NCBI RefSeq assembly: GCF_030506305.1
Contig: NZ_CP119421.1
Location: 176,354 to 240,353, forward strand
Source: Porifericola rhodea
GTDB taxonomy: Bacteria > Bacteroidota > Bacteroidia > Cytophagales > Cyclobacteriaceae
Length of the DNA stretch: 64,000 nt
Direction of reading: 5' to 3'
Each line of letters begins with the position of its first letter. Positions within the stretch are counted from its first letter, which is position 1. The position numbers and the translations under genes are program-made. Below the pieces are notes generated by a model. That model did not search any database, had not been told where the DNA came from, and saw only the letters and a program-made list of their open reading frames with translations. This document shows, in pieces, positions 20,072 to 30,262 of this stretch.

Positions 20072-22945
20072 CTATTGACCAGATTCTTCAGCAGCACCTT
20101 CTTCAGGATAAAGCACTATCTTGACGTATTGATCAAAGTTGAAATATTTATTTGCAGTTTCTTTAAGGCTCTTGATGTTAAGCCCTTCTATTTTATCTTC
20201 ATACTGAACAATATTTACAGGATCTGCCCCTGTAAAATATGCCGCTTCCAGAGCACTTAACCAATAGTTGTTTTGTTTAAGGTTAACTTCCATTTCTCTT
20301 CTCTGAGTCTCTTTTACTTTCATAAGATCTGCCTGAGTAGGGCCATTGTCTTTAATTTTTTGTATTTCGTCAAAGACTGCTTTGCTCAGATCTTCTACAT
20401 TTTCTGGAGCACAGGGGAAGGAGATTGTGATTGTATAATGTTCATAAGGGTATTTTGATACACTAGCATTGGCACCGATACCATATACTCCACTTTTCTT
20501 TTCTCTAATCTCTTCTATCAATTTGATGTTAAGCGCCTGCACTAATGAGTTTACTTCGTAGGCTTCCTCTTTGCTATAAGCCATCTCTCCGGTAAAGGAT
20601 ATGCGCACCATACTTTTAGGGTCAGTGCCTTTCATGACTTTTTCTTCAACTACGCCTTCGGGAGGACGGATACCTACATCTTTCCAGCTCTCTTGTTGGT
20701 TTGTTGCAGGTAAGGCTCCTAAATAAGTAGCAAGCTGTGGCTTAATTTTATCTACATCAATATTACCAACAAAGAAAAAGGTAAAGTCAGCCGCATTTGA
20801 GAACCTCTCTTTGTACATTTTCATCGCCTCATCAAAACCTACACTATTCCAGTCTTCCTCGCTAGGAAAACCTCCTCCTCTCGGATGGTTTTGAGACATA
20901 ATACGCATCACCTTATCCTGATAAAAATACTGTGGATTTGAGAGCAGATTTTGATAGATTGCTTTGTACTTGCTTATATATGACTGAAATGAGGCCTCAT
21001 CACTACGAGGAGCAGTAAAATATAAATGTATTAACTGCAACATCGTCTCAAAATCTTTGGGAGTGGCGCTACCTGAAAAACCTTCTTTTAATGAACCAAT
21101 GTATGGACTGGCATTAGCATTTTTATCTGATAGAAATTTTTGTAATGCCACATTAGAGAAGTCTCCCACTCCACTCTGCTGCACGATACCGTCAGCATTA
21201 GCAGCAGAAAAATACACATCATCACTATACACAGAATGTCCTCCTGGGCTGTAAGCTGTCATCAGTATTTCATCATCCTTGAAGTCGGTCGGTTTTAGTA
21301 CAGCTTTTACTCCATTAGCAAAAGTTAGTTCTGTAACCCCTATCTCATCTATGTTTTTTTCATTTGTAATTTTAGCAGGTGCAGGTACATCTTCAATAAG
21401 TGAAGAGGCTATTTCTTCATCTTTGTAAGCTTCTACCTCAATCCCTTCCATGCTTTCAATAATACTTTTCACCTCATCCTGGCTAGGCACCGAAACGCCC
21501 TCTTTCTCAGGAGCCATCACTACAGCTACCATATTTTTGTCCGTCATCCACTCACCAGCTAAAGCATTTACATCTTCCAGACTGATTTTATCCAGAAACT
21601 GCTGTACGAACTGATACTCAAAAGCAATACCCGGCACCGGTTCTTGCTCTAAAAAGTTTCTTACATACTCTCCAGCATAGCTAGAAGACTCTGTCTTTTC
21701 GCGTTCTTTGTATGCTTTTTCGTAATTGCTAAGCATACGTTTTTTGTAGCGCTCCAGCTCAGTCTCGGTAAATCCGTATCGTTTAACTTTTTCGTTTTCT
21801 TCCAGCATCACTCGCAGCCCTCTTTCTATTCCATTTTCTGGAACTATAGCATATTGCTGAAAAGCATTTACAGCTCTCACCACACTACCATAATAAGCTC
21901 CCACATTCATAAAGGGAGGGTCAGCGGCCTGGGTTAGCTCATTTAGACGCTGACTCAGCATACCCGTAAAAAGGTTATGCTTTGTCATCTTCAGGTAGTC
22001 ATTATAAGTCTCTTCAGTCTTAGGCATCTGCTCTTCTTTAAAGAAAAGCTGTATCTGATTGAAAGTCGCTTCTTTATCAGTCACTACCACCACCTTACTG
22101 TCCTGATGCGCAGGCACATCATACAATTGCCTTTCTTTAGGTTTTGCAGGAGCTTTCAGGTCGCCAAATCTGGCTTTAATCTCTTTTTCCATAGCAGAAG
22201 GGTCAATGTCTCCTACTACTACTACTGCCATCAGGTCAGGACGGTACCAATCTGTATAGAAACGCTTGAGTGTCTGATAGTCAAAATTTTCAAGAATATC
22301 TTTAGTACCAATGGGCAGGCGACTTTCGTAGCGAGAATCCGCCAGTAGTACCGGTAAAAACTCATCCAGCATTCTGCGTTGTGCACCTTGCCCCAAACGC
22401 CACTCTTCTATCACTACTCCTCTTTCTTTGTCAATTTCTTCATCTTCAAATGAGATCCCGTCTGCCCAATCTTCCAATATCTGCAAAGATTTTTCTAATG
22501 TGGTATCTGCGGTAGGTACAGTAAGCATATACACAGTTTCATCAAAGCTTGTATAAGCATTTAAGTGTGCGCCAAACTTAACCCCTGCCATTTGCAGCAC
22601 ATTTATCAACTCATTCTTTTCAAAACTTTTGGTTCCGTTAAATGCCATATGCTCAGTAAAGTGGGCCAAACCAAGCTGGTCATCATCTTCCATAAGTGAA
22701 CCTGCATTTAGCGCTAGCCTAAGTTCTACCCTATTCTCGGGTCTTGAGTTTTGACGAATATAGTAAGTCAGGCCATTATCAAGTTTTCCTTTGATAATCT
22801 TGGAGTCCAGCGGTATTTCTGTACTTAGGTCAGAGGGAAGAGCCTCGCCAGTAACATTTTCGGTATCCTGAGCATGGGCATAGCCAAACAAAAGACTGAG
22901 AAGTATACACAGACTCAATAGGTTAAAGTTGATGTGTTTTTTCAT
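20072..22945 (-). CDS. Secreted M16-family zinc metallopeptidase (insulinase/pitrilysin-like, two M16 modules)
   Basis: Signal peptide, the inverted zinc motif 'HFTEHMAFNGT', and a duplicated M16/M16_C architecture across 957 aa. Confidence 0.8.
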   Translation of the reverse strand: MKKHINFNLLSLCILLSLLFGYAHAQDTENVTGEALPSDLSTEIPLDSKIIKGKLDNGLTYYIRQNSRPENRVELRLALNAGSLMEDDDQLGLAHFTEHMAFNGTKSFEKNELINVLQMAGVKFGAHLNAYTSFDETVYMLTVPTADTTLEKSLQILEDWADGISFEDEEIDKERGVVIEEWRLGQGAQRRMLDEFLPVLLADSRYESRLPIGTKDILENFDYQTLKRFYTDWYRPDLMAVVVVGDIDPSAMEKEIKARFGDLKAPAKPKERQLYDVPAHQDSKVVVVTDKEATFNQIQLFFKEEQMPKTEETYNDYLKMTKHNLFTGMLSQRLNELTQAADPPFMNVGAYYGSVVRAVNAFQQYAIVPENGIERGLRVMLEENEKVKRYGFTETELERYKKRMLSNYEKAYKEREKTESSSYAGEYVRNFLEQEPVPGIAFEYQFVQQFLDKISLEDVNALAGEWMTDKNMVAVVMAPEKEGVSVPSQDEVKSIIESMEGIEVEAYKDEEIASSLIEDVPAPAKITNEKNIDEIGVTELTFANGVKAVLKPTDFKDDEILMTAYSPGGHSVYSDDVYFSAANADGIVQQSGVGDFSNVALQKFLSDKNANASPYIGSLKEGFSGSATPKDFETMLQLIHLYFTAPRSDEASFQSYISKYKAIYQNLLSNPQYFYQDKVMRIMSQNHPRGGGFPSEEDWNSVGFDEAMKMYKERFSNAADFTFFFVGNIDVDKIKPQLATYLGALPATNQQESWKDVGIRPPEGVVEEKVMKGTDPKSMVRISFTGEMAYSKEEAYEVNSLVQALNIKLIEEIREKKSGVYGIGANASVSKYPYEHYTITISFPCAPENVEDLSKAVFDEIQKIKDNGPTQADLMKVKETQRREMEVNLKQNNYWLSALEAAYFTGADPVNIVQYEDKIEGLNIKSLKETANKYFNFDQYVKIVLYPEEGAAEESGQ

Positions 22946-23269
22946 GACTGTTTAATTAATTAAGACCAATAGCGTACAAATGGATATAATGCTAACCATT
23001 TATTAGCTGACATGAGAGAAGGGTACGTACTCCAATATTATGATTTTTTTTCCAAAAACCTTACACCCCTCCAATTTTATACACAAAATATACCAGAGGG
23101 TAAACACCTTAATATTTAAAGATCCCTAGCCAATACTAAAAGCAAAAAAATTATGTTAAAATACTTATTATCAAATATATACAAACCGAAAACATTTGTT
23201 TGAACGTATGTTGAGCGTATAAATTATTTGACTTTTAGAAATGAAATATTGGGAAGTTTATCCTGATTC

Positions 23270-23767
23270 TTACTTTTTACCGACGGGCTTGTACTCAAAG
23301 CAATCATCTTTAACGATAGCAGTAAAATAATCTGCTTCTTCTACCAATATGTCGGCGGTGGTTTGTTCCACTGCAGCTATTTCTACCCGCACTCCTTCAG
23401 ATTTTAGGTGCCTTACCAATTCTACGTAGTCAGCATCACCGGAGAGGATAATAATAGTGTCCACTTTATGGGCTAGTTGGGTAGCTTTAATGCTTAATGG
23501 TATGTCTGCTCCTTTGTAGCAGGGTACTACAGAACCATAATAATATTTGTGTAAACGATCGGCGAGTTTATGTGAAATGCTCTCTCCTTCCCTAAAATAG
23601 ATAAGACGGTTGAGCCCTCTACCATCCAGTAGTTTGGGGATAAGCGTATCAAAGTTAATCATGATATCGTCGCTATTAAAAAGGTTATGCAGGCTTATTT
23701 CTATGTTGTTGCCGTCTACAAGTATGGCCACAGATTGATGTATCTTAACTTCGGGAGAGTTGTTCAT
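23270..23767 (-). CDS. NYN (LabA-like/PIN-like) domain protein
   Basis: 'VAILVDGNN...', 'IIILSGDADYVELV' and 'GVRVEIAAV' are typical of LabA/NYN proteins. Confidence 0.65.
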   Translation of the reverse strand: MNNSPEVKIHQSVAILVDGNNIEISLHNLFNSDDIMINFDTLIPKLLDGRGLNRLIYFREGESISHKLADRLHKYYYGSVVPCYKGADIPLSIKATQLAHKVDTIIILSGDADYVELVRHLKSEGVRVEIAAVEQTTADILVEEADYFTAIVKDDCFEYKPVGKK

Positions 23768-24349
23768 TTGATTTTATTGTATAATCTGGTTAGTGAAAAA
23801 AATTAGTGACAGTCTAAATATCTGCTCAAATTCGTGCATGGTAAGCTATGCTTTGTGTTGCTCTTGGTAAGCCTTATCTGCCGCTTTGAAAAAAATGATT
23901 ACTGCCAGTTCAACTTCATATTTAAAAATTACATCCAGTTAACCCTCTGAAAAGAAAAAGTGTTTTTGAGAATTTTTTGAGCAGAAATTTTTTGGAATAG
24001 ATAAGTCTACTAAAAAGCAATGAATAGCAGAGCTTAAGTACAACACCCACTTAAAAATATTCAAAATACCAAGGCTGAAATTTCGTATTTACTATTTGGG
24101 AAGCACATTGGGTAGTTACTAATAAGCAAGTGTATTAGAGTGGTTGAGACAAACTAGCTTAGAAAAAGCATTCTTTGAGTAGCTTGCCTTACATCAGTGA
24201 GGTTATCTTTATTAGGCGATGTGAAAAGAAGAAAAACAAAGCCACATTTGTAATGTACTTAGTTCATCACTCAAATGAACAGAGTACATAGAATTGTTTC
24301 TCATAGTTTAGGTAGTTTAGGAGTAAGACCTGTTCGCTTGAACAGGTTT

Positions 24350-27300
24350 TTACTTTTTATAGCCTTCCTCATCAATATAAGCGAAGACCTGAGAAAAGGC
24401 TTCGTCTAAATCCTCTCTCAAACGCTCCTTATCAGATTCAAATCTATCTTTACTTTGCTTCAGCAAACGAATACACTCATTCTGTTTAATATGCGACAAT
24501 ACATTGACCAGATTATGAGCCTGTTCCCTAAAAGAGTTAATGTTGTTATCTTCAAGTGCAACCATAAGAGCCGTGCGATACTCTTTAATTTGCTCAGAAG
24601 AAGTTAACAACAAATCTTTATAGGCATTAGGGTTCTTTTGATGGTACTCTTCCAGCAGAGCAAACATATTCTTCTGCCCTACTTTGCTTGCTTTTGAAGT
24701 TTCTTTTTTGTGAAATGATGCTTTAGCCACGTTTTTGCAGAGTTTCTCAGCCAGTTCTTCAGAGTCTATGGGTTTTTCTACGAAGTCATTCATGCCATAC
24801 TTCAGATATTTGCGCTGCTCTTTGTTAGATACAGACGCAGTAACAGCAATAATGGGAACCTTCTTAAAGTACTCTCCCCTTATGCTTCTAATATTACTAG
24901 CCGTTTCATAGCCATCCATTACCGGCATCATAATGTCCATAAGAATGACGTCAAACTTTTGAGTACTTTGAAGGATATCTAGTGCTTCCTGCCCATTCGT
25001 AGCGATCTGGAGCTGTATTCCCCAATATTCGCAAAAACCTTTCATTAAAAATTGGTTAGGCTCCATATCTTCTACATAGAGCACATGCAATCCCCTAAGT
25101 GTGTTTTTATCAAACTGGACAAAACTATTCATACATACAGAACCTTGAACTTCCTGAAGCGGTAAATCTACGGTAAAGGTAGTTCCCTCTCCCTCTTTAC
25201 TTTCCAGCTGTAATGAACCGTTTTGCAGGGCAATCAGCTTTTTGGTAATTGTAAGCCCCAGGCCGGTTCCTCCATATTTTCTGTTGGTAGAAGAGTTAGC
25301 TTGTGTAAAGGCTTTAAAGACCTGCTGCTGCTCTTCGGCAGACATACCTATACCACTATCTTTTATAATAATACTAAACCTATCGGCTTTGTTTGGTTTA
25401 AGTATCAGCTTTACAGTACCCTTATGAGTAAATTTGACCGCATTACTCAAGAGGTTGTTCAGCACCTGGCTTACTCTGGTAGGGTCTCCCATCAGACATT
25501 GAGGGAACTGATCATCAATCTCCAGTTGTAATTTAATGCCTTTACTTTCGGCCTGGGCTTTAAACATACGAATGGTACGGCGCGAGAGCTCTACCATATC
25601 GTAGGCAATATTTTCAAGCAATATTTTTCCTGCCTGTAGCTTTGAGAAATCCAGTATGTCATTGACAAGACTTAAAAGATGCTCGGCAGAAAAACTTAAA
25701 GTGCTGATGGTTTCATCCTGAGCTGGTAGGTGCGCCTGTTGCTGCAGTAAGGTAGACAACCCAACTATCACATTTAGCGGAGTCCTAATCTCATGGCTCA
25801 TCACTGACAGAAACTCGTCTTTAGCTTTTAAAGCTTTCTCCAGTTCTATTTTGGTGGCTATCAGCTCATCTTCGTACTGCTTTCTTTCAGTAACGTCTTC
25901 AATAAGAATCAGCTCTTTGGTGCCGCCATCCTGTTGGAAGATATGCGTCTGCACATTGGCATAGATGGTAGCTCCATTTTTAGTCTTATGCCTGCTTACT
26001 TTATGAAATGAAGATGAAATGTTATCTAGCCGCTCAGAAAACTGCCAGTCGTGTTTGGTTTCTCCATCTCCTAACAAAGTAAGCGAAGGCATGCCTATAA
26101 ACTCCTCTCTGCTATAACCATATTTGTTGATAGCAGCCTCGTTGACGTCAAGTATGGCATCGGTAGCAGAATCTAGTAATATGAGCGGGTTAGGGTTGTT
26201 GGTAAAAAGATATTTGTATTTTTCTTCGCTCTCTTTCAGTTTAATGACCGACTCTTTACGATCTGTAAAGTCCTCTACAATACCTACGAAGCCGATAGCT
26301 CTCTGATCTTCTACCATCAGCGGCGTAAAGGTTACATAAAACCATTTGGTAGCGCCAGATTTAAGAAGATAGCGGCAATCTATTGTCTTGTGAAACAGCT
26401 CTCCTTTCTCTCTGGCAAGTTGCCATGATTTAAACAATCTGCTTTTGTCTTCCGGGTGTAAGTTCTGGAAAATACCTTCTCCTAGAGCTTCTTCATGAGT
26501 TATATGACCAATCTCCTGTAGCTTTTTGTTGGTCCAGGTGCAAAAGCCTTCTTTGTCTGTCAGAAAAATACCTACGGGGGCTGCCATTACCAGTGTACGG
26601 AACCTTTCTTCGCTGGTCTTGAGTTTGTTTTCAGCTATGGTTTTAGAAGTAATATCCAGACCTGCTGCCTGAAACTCTTCTAATATTCCATCCTGATTGT
26701 ATACTGGTATAATAGTCCAATGATGCCAATACCTCTGCCCTTCAAGCGTTTCCAGCATATACTTATCAGCAGATGGTTTGCCATCTTTAGCAATCTGCCT
26801 TAGCTTTTTAATAAAGCGTGGCTGATCATTAACAGGTATAATATCCAGAAAGCGCTTCCCTAAAAGTTGATCTATAGGTTTACCCAGAAACCTCACACAG
26901 GCATGATTAGCAAAGCTGATAGTACTATCAGGCTGAAAGCGGCAAATCATCTCATGCTGAGTGTTAATTACACTACGGTAAAGATTCTCAGTATAGCGAA
27001 GCTTCTCTTCCTGCAATTTGCGCTCAGATATATCTCTACCAAAAATAGTAGCACCAGCTACCTTCTGCCGGTTTAGTATTGGGTGAAAATGAAACTCATA
27101 ATAAAAGTCTTGCCCGGCAAAATGGAAAAAGTACTGTACTGTAAACTTCTCACCGGCAAGTACTCTGCTAAAATAATTACGCCAATTAGACTCTACACTA
27201 GACCTGGAGGCTCCATATGCCGGAAAAAATTGCTTGTTTAACTCAATCTGTACTCCGGCAAACTTAGTTGCCTCCCTCTGCGCCTTTGCGTTAAATTCCG

Positions 27301-27850
27301 TAACGTAATGATGTTTATCTATAGACCAAACCAGATCATCAGTATACTCTACCAACATTTTTAGCCGTGCCTTGTCAAAAGCAAGCCTACGCTCAGTCTC
27401 TTTACGAGCCGTAATATCAGTAATTCTAACAAGCTCGTAGGTTTCGCCTTCTATCTGTACCTGTCGGGCCTCCCTTAACCCCCAGAAAATTCTGTTCTTT
27501 AAGCTTACATAGGCTACTTCGGATGAGTTATCCCTAAACCTTTTCCACTTATCATGATTGGCTGAGGCTTTATGAAATTGGTACTCATGCCGGCCAACTA
27601 GCTCTGACTTATCATTTAGCTCAAACATAACCTTTGCCTCCTCATTACACATGAGAACCTGCTTACTATCCTGATGAATGAGCAGGAGGGCATCTGGTGA
27701 AGCTTCAAAGATTTGTTGATAGAAAGAATAAACCGCTTGTTCCTTATCAGCACTGTAAAAGGGTGAGCGTTGCTGAATGATGTCTATCAGCTCTTCTTTA
27801 CTTAGTTGATTTAATTGCTCGTAATTGGATTCCAGTTCCAGGTTTCTCAT
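24350..27850 (-). CDS. Hybrid sensor histidine kinase: multiple PAS/PAC domains, HisKA, HATPase_c, a receiver, and a C-terminal HPt-like domain
   Basis: PAS repeats across roughly aa 20-650, the H-box 'SVMSHEIRTPLNVIVG', the ATPase 'GGTGLGLTITKKL', the receiver 'VLYVEDMEPNQ...ILMDIMMPVMDGYE', and a C-terminal helical 'HNLVNVLSHI' HPt-like segment. Confidence 0.85.
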   Translation of the reverse strand: MRNLELESNYEQLNQLSKEELIDIIQQRSPFYSADKEQAVYSFYQQIFEASPDALLLIHQDSKQVLMCNEEAKVMFELNDKSELVGRHEYQFHKASANHDKWKRFRDNSSEVAYVSLKNRIFWGLREARQVQIEGETYELVRITDITARKETERRLAFDKARLKMLVEYTDDLVWSIDKHHYVTEFNAKAQREATKFAGVQIELNKQFFPAYGASRSSVESNWRNYFSRVLAGEKFTVQYFFHFAGQDFYYEFHFHPILNRQKVAGATIFGRDISERKLQEEKLRYTENLYRSVINTQHEMICRFQPDSTISFANHACVRFLGKPIDQLLGKRFLDIIPVNDQPRFIKKLRQIAKDGKPSADKYMLETLEGQRYWHHWTIIPVYNQDGILEEFQAAGLDITSKTIAENKLKTSEERFRTLVMAAPVGIFLTDKEGFCTWTNKKLQEIGHITHEEALGEGIFQNLHPEDKSRLFKSWQLAREKGELFHKTIDCRYLLKSGATKWFYVTFTPLMVEDQRAIGFVGIVEDFTDRKESVIKLKESEEKYKYLFTNNPNPLILLDSATDAILDVNEAAINKYGYSREEFIGMPSLTLLGDGETKHDWQFSERLDNISSSFHKVSRHKTKNGATIYANVQTHIFQQDGGTKELILIEDVTERKQYEDELIATKIELEKALKAKDEFLSVMSHEIRTPLNVIVGLSTLLQQQAHLPAQDETISTLSFSAEHLLSLVNDILDFSKLQAGKILLENIAYDMVELSRRTIRMFKAQAESKGIKLQLEIDDQFPQCLMGDPTRVSQVLNNLLSNAVKFTHKGTVKLILKPNKADRFSIIIKDSGIGMSAEEQQQVFKAFTQANSSTNRKYGGTGLGLTITKKLIALQNGSLQLESKEGEGTTFTVDLPLQEVQGSVCMNSFVQFDKNTLRGLHVLYVEDMEPNQFLMKGFCEYWGIQLQIATNGQEALDILQSTQKFDVILMDIMMPVMDGYETASNIRSIRGEYFKKVPIIAVTASVSNKEQRKYLKYGMNDFVEKPIDSEELAEKLCKNVAKASFHKKETSKASKVGQKNMFALLEEYHQKNPNAYKDLLLTSSEQIKEYRTALMVALEDNNINSFREQAHNLVNVLSHIKQNECIRLLKQSKDRFESDKERLREDLDEAFSQVFAYIDEEGYKK

Positions 27851-28259
27851 ATAATGAGATCATGTTGGTGAGACTAAGATTGATTTTGGCAGAGGAAAGT
27901 TTTAGCTATAGGCTACTTGTGGATGTTACATTCTTATAAGATAATCAAAGCGGCTATCCACCATGACAATCATTTACCATATTTACACCAATAAACATAC
28001 CCATTAAGAAATTGACATTCAATACTTTACAAACCCAAATTCTTGCTAGGTAAGTAGTACGGATAGTTTGCCTGCAATGGTAATATTATTTCATAAATCA
28101 TCAAAAATATTGTTACCTATATAACAAAGCTCATGTATGATTTATTCTGCTCCGCTTAATATCTTATTGTAATAGAACAAAAAGTACAGTTAAAATCAAA
28201 CACTTCTTATTTCAGTGCTAATATTCAGTAAAAAAGTAAAAATTTAAAAAAGCGGTGAA

Positions 28260-29039
28260 TTAGCGTTCGGTCAGTCTCTTTTCAATTTCAGCCATTTTTT
28301 GTTCTAGCTTGGATACTCTCTCTTCAATTAATAGTGGTGGGTTGAGATAAGTACTATAGAAACCTTCTACTTTCCACAACTCTGATACCTCTGTACTGTC
28401 TACTACTATAGGGGGGTGCTGCGAATTATCTGCTACAAAATATAACTGTTCTTTCGTGTGTTTGTATCGGCGAACATAAATTCCTTCCTGTACCACCAGC
28501 ACATACACTTGCCCTTCTTTCAGCTTATCTTTAAAATCTACTTCTAGGGGGCAGCATGAGAGCACATCGCCAACATGCAGGCCTGTATCCAGCCATCGCA
28601 TGCTATCGTCCTGTACCTCAAAAGCCCGAGACTTTTTTTGAGTAGTGTCCGGCAAACGAACAAAAGGCAGACGGTTGATAAAATCCTTATTCTGATGGTT
28701 TACGACATACTCAATATACTGCGAACTTCTTACTAAAGGTGTGGCATCTTCCCGACTATCTTTATCTACATCTGCCTCAGCAGGCTTGGCACTCTTCTCA
28801 TGTTTGAAGAGATCAAATTTGAACAGCTCATTTACCGTCAGTTCTTTAGTTAACAATATGTCTATAGATAAGCCAAACTTTTGAGCAATCTGTATGATAG
28901 TTTCAATCTTGGGTTCGGCCCGCTCTTCTTCATAAGAACCTACTGTTCCTCTGGATAGATTAAACATTTCTGCAAAAGCAGCCTGACTAATCTTCTTCAC
29001 TGCTCTTATTTTCTTAATGTTTTTTCCGATTGTAGACAT
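28260..29039 (-). CDS. XRE-family HTH transcriptional repressor with a C-terminal LexA/CI-like S24 peptidase domain
   Basis: N-terminal HTH 'IKKIRAVKKISQAAFAEMFNLSRGTVGSYE'. The C-terminal region has the S24 catalytic Ser motif 'VQDDSMRW' and a downstream 'VYVRRYK' lysine. The ATG is at 29037-29039. The gene is divergent from the PspA module. Confidence 0.7.
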   Translation of the reverse strand: MSTIGKNIKKIRAVKKISQAAFAEMFNLSRGTVGSYEEERAEPKIETIIQIAQKFGLSIDILLTKELTVNELFKFDLFKHEKSAKPAEADVDKDSREDATPLVRSSQYIEYVVNHQNKDFINRLPFVRLPDTTQKKSRAFEVQDDSMRWLDTGLHVGDVLSCCPLEVDFKDKLKEGQVYVLVVQEGIYVRRYKHTKEQLYFVADNSQHPPIVVDSTEVSELWKVEGFYSTYLNPPLLIEERVSKLEQKMAEIEKRLTER

Positions 29040-29103
29040 ATTTATTTGCAAATTTTATTAGATATGCTAACTTTATTAGCAATTATACGTAAACTATGTA
29101 TAA

Positions 29104-29514
29104 ATGACAAATACAATGAACACCTACTACACTAAAGTTAAAAACTACCTTACCGAACTCAATTACGAAATAGTTGAGGAAAACGAAGCTGAGGGCATAC
29201 TCATCATAGATAATGAAGAGACCGGCGTAAGCCATATGGTACTATGCTGTGCCGAGCCCATATTAATTATTGAGCAGTATCTCTGCGAAATTAAGCAGGT
29301 AAGCCTGGAGACTTATCGCTTACTACTACAAAAAAACCGGGATATTATTCATGGGGCCTTTGCCCTGGATCAGTCTGGTACTAAGCTCATCTTTAGAGAT
29401 ACCCTGGTACTAGACACACTGGACCTTGATGAACTGGAATCAACTTTCAATTCCTTAGGGCTGCTATTGAGTGAGTTTACTCAACAAATTATTGAAATAT
29501 CTAGTGAAAATTAA
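29104..29514 (+). CDS. Small acidic cytoplasmic protein, YbjN/DUF2170-like (putative chaperone or regulator fold)
   Basis: 136 aa. The size, charge and order resemble the E. coli yjfI-yjfJ arrangement, where a YbjN-like protein precedes a PspA paralog. I could not compute this similarity, so it is an inference. Confidence 0.35.
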   Translation: MTNTMNTYYTKVKNYLTELNYEIVEENEAEGILIIDNEETGVSHMVLCCAEPILIIEQYLCEIKQVSLETYRLLLQKNRDIIHGAFALDQSGTKLIFRDTLVLDTLDLDELESTFNSLGLLLSEFTQQIIEISSEN

Positions 29515-29546
29515 CTCAAAATTATACACATTAATAAATCATTGAC

Positions 29547-30260
29547 ATGAACATTTTCAGAAGAATACTCAAAGTAGGACAAGCAGAAGCACATTCTGCC
29601 ATCAACCACCTGGAAGACCCTATTAAACTTACTGAACAGGGAATTCGCGATATGCGAGGCGATCTTGATAAAGCCTTACACGCTCTGGCTGAAGTGAAAG
29701 CACTAGCTATACGCACACAACGTGAACTTAACCAACAGCAAGATGTAAGCAAACAATATGAGCAGAAGGCAATATTGCTGCTTCAGAAAGCTCAGAAAAA
29801 TGAGTTAGATGCCACGGAGGCTGATCGTCTAGCAGCAGAAGCTTTAAATAAAAAAGAGCATGCTGATCAACAAGTAAGGAATCTGGCTACAGAAAAGAAA
29901 AAATATGATGAATCCGTGTTAAAATTGGAACATAATATTAATACGCTAAAATCAAATATTAGCCAGTGGGAAAATGAACTTCGCACACTCAAAGCTCGCA
30001 TGAAGGTAAGTACTGCCACTAAAACAATGAATAAGCAGTTGGCTAAAATTGATACTTCCAGTACCGTTTCTATGCTGGAGCGCATGAAAAATAAAGTAGA
30101 GCAGGAAGAAGCTTTAGCACAGTCATACGGAGAAATAGCTGCTGAACCTAAGTCACTGGACGATGAAATTGACCAGGCATTGGAGAGCGAGCAGGCTTCC
30201 TCCTCTCAAAAGCTACAGGACCTTAAACAAAAACTAGGTATTAACCCTAACACTCCATAG
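29547..30260 (+). CDS. pspA: PspA/IM30 (Vipp1) family protein, bacterial ESCRT-III superfamily
   Basis: 'MNIFRRILKVGQAEAHSAINHLEDPIKLTEQGIRDMRGDLDKALHALAEV...' aligns in register with the E. coli PspA N-terminus ('[37 protein letters not shown]'). It is 237 aa and predicted all-alpha coiled coil. Confidence 0.8.
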   Translation: MNIFRRILKVGQAEAHSAINHLEDPIKLTEQGIRDMRGDLDKALHALAEVKALAIRTQRELNQQQDVSKQYEQKAILLLQKAQKNELDATEADRLAAEALNKKEHADQQVRNLATEKKKYDESVLKLEHNINTLKSNISQWENELRTLKARMKVSTATKTMNKQLAKIDTSSTVSMLERMKNKVEQEEALAQSYGEIAAEPKSLDDEIDQALESEQASSSQKLQDLKQKLGINPNTP

Positions 30261-30262
30261 TC

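Noticed and set aside
24327-24352. Hairpin ACCTGTTC-GCTT-GAACAGGT immediately after the histidine-kinase stop
   Set aside because: The T-run lies on the plus strand (inside the kinase 3' end) rather than on the minus strand where the gene is. It is possibly a U-tract-less terminator, but not convincing.
29040-29060. Possible sigma-54 promoter (TTGCA) upstream of the PspA module, by analogy to E. coli pspA
   Set aside because: The -24 GG element is absent 10 bp upstream (TGTAGAC against TGGCACG). There is no PspF-like bEBP in the locus. Regulation is more likely by the XRE/S24 repressor.
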